This document shows, in pieces, positions 62,000 through 64,000 of a stretch of 64,000 bases of DNA. Each line of letters begins with the position of its first letter. Position 1 is the first letter of the stretch. A program made the translations under genes and the position numbers. The stretch is taken from the NCBI GenBank assembly GCA_021613535.1, contig CP075496.1:9920001-9984000 (forward strand). Reading direction: 5' to 3'. The notes beneath the pieces were generated by a model. That model ran no database searches. It saw only the letters and a list, made by a program, of their open reading frames with translations, and had not been told where the DNA came from. Source of the DNA: Adineta vaga. Its lineage: Eukaryota; Animalia; Rotifera.

Positions 62000-62425
62000 T
62001 GATGATCAAATTCAAATGATGAATTCAATTTCTTATTTGTCTGAAAAAAGATTTACTATAAGGTTTCTTTTTCTTTTCACTGATGATTGTTGATGAAAGA
62101 AAATTGCATTATTAGGAAGTAAAACTCAGAATGATTTCGAAAGTAAATCAAAAGATTCGTTTTTTCGCAACAGATTAAAATAAAAACAATGAAGAAGTTC
62201 TTAATGGGATGATTTGTAAAATTATCTTTGTCGAAATTTTCAAATGGATAATCTGTAGACAAAAAAGTATTTTCGAATGTGTTGAAGCCAAAAAAAACGA
62301 TCTGACAATATGTAAATAAGAGAATATTTTATTTTCAACAAAACCGAATTTAATTAAAATATCTTCGAAAAGAAACACCTTCTCTTCATTTTCTTTCACA
62401 AAAAACCAATCAGAAATATCTTTTC

Positions 62426-63571
62426 TCAATTTTTATCACAGAATATCGATGACATTTGATATTTATAAAAATAGTTCTCATTCAATGATACTGTATACAT
62501 CGAATAATTCGCATCAAATTCAATTTTATAAACTTTTGCTGTAGCTAAAACACCTTTTGCTTGATAAACATCGATTGTTCTCATGCCAAGATGAACGATT
62601 GGTACTGATGTATATGTTGCTGTTTGTGTACCAAACCAAAGTCTATTACAATACGGATCATTAGCTAAACGATACAATGAAGTTGAACTAGAGAATCTTA
62701 AGCTGTTCATTGAAAAAGAAACGAGATCATACACATAGATAACCGTTGATGACCGTTGCGAAATATAAAGATAATTGTTGTTAATAGCAATATTAAATGG
62801 TTCGATATTATAACTTGTTAAATCTAGATAAATTGATATATTCATTGTAGTTAAATTAATAAATCGAATTAAATTCATTTGATCATCAGTAACAAGTAAA
62901 CCATTTTTCCATAAAGCTAAACCATAAAATCTACTTGAACTTGAACTAGATGATATACGTATTGTTTGATTGAATCTGAGATTCATATCATATAAATTGA
63001 CACTAAAATTACTGCTAAATGTTATGTAGATATTCTTCGAATCAATTACCATTGATAATGGAACAACTGTTACTGAAATATTTCGAAATCGAGTTAAATT
63101 TGATGCAAAATATTGAGCTATAAAGGTATCTCCTAGTACAATTAAAGTATCATCATATGGATTATAAGTTATAAATCGAGCATCGGAATGTGCTACTGCA
63201 ATTGGAGTATTATTTTGACATTGATTAAGTATATTTTGTGGTGAATAACATGAGCAAAAATTGATATCATAAGTGAGAATAAATTGATCGGAAGTATTGT
63301 CATATGATTGATCGATTTCTTGTATCCATGATTGTTCAATTCGTTGACATGTACGATTCGATGGAAAACAATTAATACCATGACATTGAGTAGTTTTGAA
63401 ATTCATCGATTTTTTATTCGCTAAACAATCACAAAGACAATCCAAACATTTGGAATCTGTTGTAGAGATAAAACTTGTATTTGTTTTTATTGAAATGTTC
63501 TTAATGAATCCAATTTGAAAAGAATTACAGATATGGAATGTGTATAAGAGAAAAATAATGAGTAGTCTCAT
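62426..63571 (-). CDS. Secreted protein with an N-terminal PAN/Apple-like Cys module and an NHL/YVTN-like beta-propeller, intronless
   Basis: Signal MRLLIIFLLYTFHICNS, CLDCLCDC..GINCFPSNRTC, and propeller blades such as PFNIAINNNYLYIS and DPYCNRLWF. Confidence 0.75.
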   Translation of the reverse strand: MRLLIIFLLYTFHICNSFQIGFIKNISIKTNTSFISTTDSKCLDCLCDCLANKKSMNFKTTQCHGINCFPSNRTCQRIEQSWIQEIDQSYDNTSDQFILTYDINFCSCYSPQNILNQCQNNTPIAVAHSDARFITYNPYDDTLIVLGDTFIAQYFASNLTRFRNISVTVVPLSMVIDSKNIYITFSSNFSVNLYDMNLRFNQTIRISSSSSSSRFYGLALWKNGLLVTDDQMNLIRFINLTTMNISIYLDLTSYNIEPFNIAINNNYLYISQRSSTVIYVYDLVSFSMNSLRFSSSTSLYRLANDPYCNRLWFGTQTATYTSVPIVHLGMRTIDVYQAKGVLATAKVYKIEFDANYSMYTVSLNENYFYKYQMSSIFCDKN

Positions 63572-64000
63572 TGTTTGTTTTTATGATACTTGAATACAAT
63601 ATTCTTAGAAAATGATTTTTGTTTTTTCTTTTATGTTTTCAAACTAACACACAAGAAATGAAAAATTCATCAAAAAGAAAATTGAAATTTAACTTCAGAT
63701 AAATATTCTTAGCTATCTATATATAAAGAAAAAGAACTTTGAAGTTTTCTTTGAAATAAATTAACGTGACTTCTAATAGATTTTCATCATGTAAAATAGT
63801 CTAAATTTGCTTGCGAGATAAATATTCATATCGTCACTTTATTTCTAGTAAAAAATTCCATATAGTTATCATTTTTTGCTTAAATGAACTATGACTTTTG
63901 AAGTCTAACCTCTTCAAACGTTTGATTACGCTCTATCTTTTCTCGTTAATCGTGGCTTAATTCGTAATTGATCATTATTTGCCGTAAATTTCACTGTGTT

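Noticed and set aside
1016-63381. Many short (roughly 60-130 aa) ORFs rich in F/L/I/Y/K in the ORF track (e.g. 1016-1261, 12037-12421, 35231-36134, 39975-40948, 53778-54792, 57709-58205)
   Set aside because: They have the composition of AT-rich UTR, intron or intergenic DNA, or are antisense shadows of real exons. No motifs.
1-64000. CRISPR arrays, rRNA, tRNA, snRNA, spliced-leader RNA, telomeric repeats, intact transposase or RT, prokaryotic operons
   Set aside because: None recognised by eye. Spliceosomal introns in several bacterial-like genes argue against bacterial contamination. Small RNAs could be missed without covariance-model searches.

Overview
This is AT-rich eukaryotic DNA with short (about 50-60 nt) GT-AG introns. 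Its gene repertoire includes ecto-ART-like domains, orphan rhodopsin GPCRs, a divergent nuclear receptor and many bacterial- or fungal-like enzymes, which points to a bdelloid rotifer (inferred, not proven). The first ~25 kb is an accessory block rich in candidate horizontally acquired or lineage-expanded genes: an FG-GAP protein, a fungal-like C2 protein, a pseudo-ART-LRR fusion, two GH33 sialidases, an intron-bearing DadA-like oxidoreductase, three tandem Ly6/uPAR-like genes, an SDR, a GT15 mannosyltransferase, a MITE cluster and an SGNH hydrolase. Several of these carry single frameshifts. From ~25 kb onward, core metazoan genes dominate: CFAP58 with an RFX X-box, POFUT1, a nuclear receptor, an NCS-like protein, RBFOX and an INTS10-like gene. 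That part also holds a fungal-like fatty-acid hydroxylase, a spliced neuropeptide precursor ending PREFM-G, a Cys/Trp-free helical protein with a CAHS/LEA-like layout, and several orphans. The most interesting signals are a readable RBFOX autoregulatory splicing circuit, the amidated neuropeptide, the CAHS-like protein, microhomology-bounded deletions in the sialidase duplicate, and domesticated foreign enzymes. All gene models were spliced by eye, and family assignments come from remembered motifs rather than database searches.
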